From NCBI RefSeq assembly GCF_009914755.1, contig NC_060928.1: a DNA stretch of 64,000 bases. One strand, 5' to 3'. How positions within the stretch are numbered: position 1 is the first letter of the stretch; each line of letters begins with the position of its first letter. Made by a program: the position numbers and the translations under genes. The DNA comes from the human T2T-CHM13v2.0 reference genome, Homo sapiens. Of this stretch, positions 60,384-64,000 are shown piece by piece. Under the pieces are notes generated by a model. It made no database searches. It saw only the letters and a program-made list of their open reading frames with translations, and was not told where the DNA came from.

Positions 60384-62378
60384 CCATCAGGCCACTTGCT
60401 CTTCAAGTCTCCTCTGGCTTCTCCCTGCTGGGATCCAGGCCCATCAGGCCAGACTGATTTTAACCAACAAACATGATCACCTTCAGCTCTACCCACCCCA
60501 ACAGTTGCCCTTGGGGAACTAGAAGGCTGGAATCTGTTCCCTGGCAGAGCTGCGGGGCCCCCAGGTGGGCTCCACATGGAGCAGAGCTTGCTGGTGCCTG
60601 CAGGCTCACCCCTTCTCTACTCAGCAGCCGAGCTCCCAGGAGACCCCTGCGTGGCCAGTTTCCAGATAGAAACGCACCACTCGATTCTGGAAATCCCATT
60701 GTGGGCCTGCCCCGCCTCACTCAGCTCAGTGACAAAGGGACACAGGCTTGCATCTGGCATCTGCTGTCCTGGCCCCAGCATGGACACATGGCCCTGTCAC
60801 CCTCTCAGAGCATTTCACTTCCTGACTGTTCATGAGAATCCAGGGGCTGCGTCAGAACTCCTGTCTACCCATGCAACTGAAATCCCACTGGGAGCACAGT
60901 GCCCATGGCAGGCTTTCAAACACTCCAAGTGTGAAGGTAGCTTCTGTATGGTGGCAGAACCAGCATGCAGGGGCCTCTTCTGCAGATTCAGCATTCTTAG
61001 GGGCCCCTCAGGCCTTCCTGAGTTGGTGCTTAGACAAAGGAAGAGTGGACCCCAAGGTGCTCCGAAGTGTGTTTTGGGAAATGCCAGTTCTGCAAGATGT
61101 CCCTTGAAAAAAGGTCCAGTGATTCACTGAACTTGGCACACCACTTGCTTACATTCCTCTCGGAGCCTCAACTCACCCTTTAGCACGCTAAGACCCCAAG
61201 AAGTCCTTCAGAGTTTTCCAACTTTATTGCGCTACGCTTTGCGGGACCCTAAGTTCCATCTAAAATCACATTCCTTGGAGTTTTTTTGGAAAACACTAGG
61301 GAAGAACAGGGATGCATGACGGGGATGGCCCAGCCTGCAGGGTGTTTTCAAAAGCACCAAGCCTGGACCAAAACACGAATGGAGAATGTCTCCATTCGTT
61401 AGTTGCCCTCAACACTACTGAAACGTCGTGTAACCAGAAACGATAGCCCAGAGGGAAATGCTGTGTCTTGATAAGGTTTAGTTCATTCTGATCTTCTACA
61501 TCTCCTGCTCCTAGTCTCAAGGGATTCAAGCCTCACAGCCTCGACAGGAAGGGACAAGGGTCATAGCTAGTTGCACCGGCCTTCATGTCTAAATCTCCTG
61601 TCCATTTGAGCTAAGCCCATGCTACCTGCTCTCTGTCTTCCTGGAGCCTGTCATGGGAAGTAGAGTTTTAAAGTCATTTTTTTTTTAGTGATTGGCTCTG
61701 CATTTTGTAGGTGCAAACCCATTTTTGTAAAATTATTTTAACTACAAATGATCTGGGCAGAGATTTGCTCAAGACTCTGTACCACGCTAGCTTCTTCCTA
61801 CAAGGAATGACATTGAACTCTAAATTCTCTCTCCTGCAGCGACAAGTTTCTATGATCTTACTCAACTCCCCTCCACCCCGAAGGAGAATTTCTCTCGTGC
61901 CAGGAGCACTTAGCTTTGAGTGTGAGGACACAGGAGTTTGAACATCATCCCACTGTATTTTAATCACCAGGACGCCCAGAATCAATTTTGCAACCCAAAT
62001 GCAGTATTACATCCGACCTTATACCTCGTCCCTTCGGTTCTGAAAATCACCTGGCTTCATCTAATTGCTTTACCTCTGCGTTCCTTTGTGATCATCTCTT
62101 TTTCCTATTTATAGGAAAACTTGCTTTGGGACTTTAAGTCTAAATATTTAAGTAAAATCAAACATAAAAGAAATATAGTTTCTTCTCATTCATCTCAAAT
62201 GATTACTAGAATTTAAGAAGCATGTCTAAGAAAACCATTAAAGTAACTTTGAATATTTTTGAAAATCACGATTGATTTGGAAAAAGGGACAGTCTGTACG
62301 GTCATTCCAGTCACAAGGTGGAGATGGCATTTTTATCACTCCTGTTTGGCACTGGGGAGCGCCCTAAATGCAGTTTCA

Positions 62379-62549
<171 letters not shown>

Positions 62550-63970
62550 TCAGGGACCAGCGTCAGAACAGGAATCCATGACAGCTTCAGAGCCCGTTTG
62601 CTAGAGAGTGGCAGTCTCACCGAATTGGGGGCACTCAGATGAGAAGGGACTTGGTGGTCTTCCCCGTTTGCCCCCACATGAATCACCCAGCAGGAGCCTC
62701 ACTGACCTGGGGCACCCTTGACAGCCACACCTAGATCCTTGGTGAAGACTATCCCATTCCTCCTGCTTCCCTGCCTCTTGGGTACCTGACTGTAAAGAAG
62801 GGACCCACCTCAAACCGAGGCGCAAGTCACAGGAGTCCTTCTAGGTTCCTCCTGCTACATCCTAGTGGCCCCTGAAGACTGTCTTCATGGTTCCCAGATG
62901 TGGCTCTTCCTTCCTGCCTGAATTGCATCACCCACCTCCCGATTGGTCTCACTGAGCACACTTCTCCCTGCCTCCCACATACCTGGGTCACTGTCTAAGA
63001 CCCTGCAAGCATGATCTCTCCGGAGTGCAAATCTCTTTTTATGACTGATTTGAGGGTTTCAGGGTTAGAATTCATCTCCTGTAGCCACTTCCTTTTATAG
63101 ACAAGGAAGGAAAGAGCCAGGGAGGACCAGAGCCTTGCCTTAGATGCCACAGTTCAGTGATGGCAGAGGTGGGAGTAGAAACCCAGGCCTTCTGGCATCA
63201 GTCAGGGCTCTTGCCACACCACACCCTGCTCCTAGGCCACACTAGTCCTTCCACCTTCCTCCTTCTCCTCCCATTTCCATTTCTCCTTGGAGAACTCGAA
63301 TTGGCCTTTGACTACTCAAGAACCACGTCTTCTGGGAAGCCTTCTCTGTCCTCCCCAGGCTCCCCATACATCCATAGTCCCAGTGAATAACCACCACCAC
63401 CATTTGTCAGGTACCCAAGGTGCCAAGCACAGTGCAACCCTGGTTATGTATGTAGCATTTCTCATCCCACAACCCAGCAAAGCACAGACTGGAATTTCCC
63501 ATTCATCAATGAGAAAACTAAAGTCCAGTTTCCCAAGTTTTCATGGCCAGCAAAGATTTGAGCCATGCCCATGTGTTCCTAGAGTCACTGCGCCAGCATT
63601 TCCATATCTGGGCTGTGTCTCTCCTAACATCCTCATGCTGCATTCACGTGAGCTCATGAACGCATGACCCTGCAGGTCTGTGAGCTTGCTCCTGGTGGCA
63701 GGGACCCCACTTATTCATTACTAAGCCTCTAATCCTGGCATAGCACCTGGGACACAGCAGAGGCTCTGAAAATATGTATTCGATGAGTAATTGAGCGAGT
63801 GAAAGAGTAAGTAAATGGGTGACAATTACTTAGAACAACCACTGGGGCAAAAGCAAAATTGAGAAATGCATGCAAATCATTAGGAAAACACATGCAAAGC
63901 CTTCCTGCAAATCAACCTCTCTGAGCTCTTTGAACCCTCTCCCCCACCCCCAGGCAGTCAAATCTTTTAC

Positions 63971-64000
63971 CTTCTCCTTCTCCAGGTCCAGCATCTTCTG
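63971..64000 (-). CDS. JAKMIP1: JAKMIP1 coding exon 3' end (partial): QKMLDLEKEK
   Basis: Donor AAG|GTAAAA at 63970-63969, phase 0, joining in frame to DLFSRQKG. Confidence 0.88.

Overview
This is primate, almost certainly human, genomic DNA from the JAKMIP1-C4orf50 locus (recognised as human 4p16 from the encoded peptides). Both genes are on the minus strand in tandem. The right part (47119-64000) holds the last five coding exons of the long JAKMIP1 isoform, ending in a 16-aa hydrophobic tail (FLFLFLFFSLAFILWP*). The left part (1-39322) holds seven coding exons of C4orf50, which I spliced by hand into one open frame of 1256 codons (287+139+537+130+128+2478+69 nt) that runs off the left edge. 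Introns contain Alus, old L1/L2/MIR, MLT1/MLT2 and ERV1-like LTRs, MER DNA transposons, a ~2.6 kb (GAT/GGT)n array and a 33/34-bp VNTR. Best leads: (i) the JAKMIP1 tail-anchor codons double as a polypyrimidine tract for a second acceptor that would remove the membrane anchor; (ii) splice phases allow in-frame JAKMIP1-C4orf50 read-through; (iii) a duplicated 75-nt exon-like cassette in C4orf50; (iv) an inverted templated copy of a neighbouring LTR segment inside a MER6; (v) an orphan retro-insertion with a TSD; (vi) a very large intronic YCAY-dense array. Repeat subfamily names are from memory of consensus sequences and need RepeatMasker/Dfam confirmation. I cannot establish a wholly new system from sequence alone.
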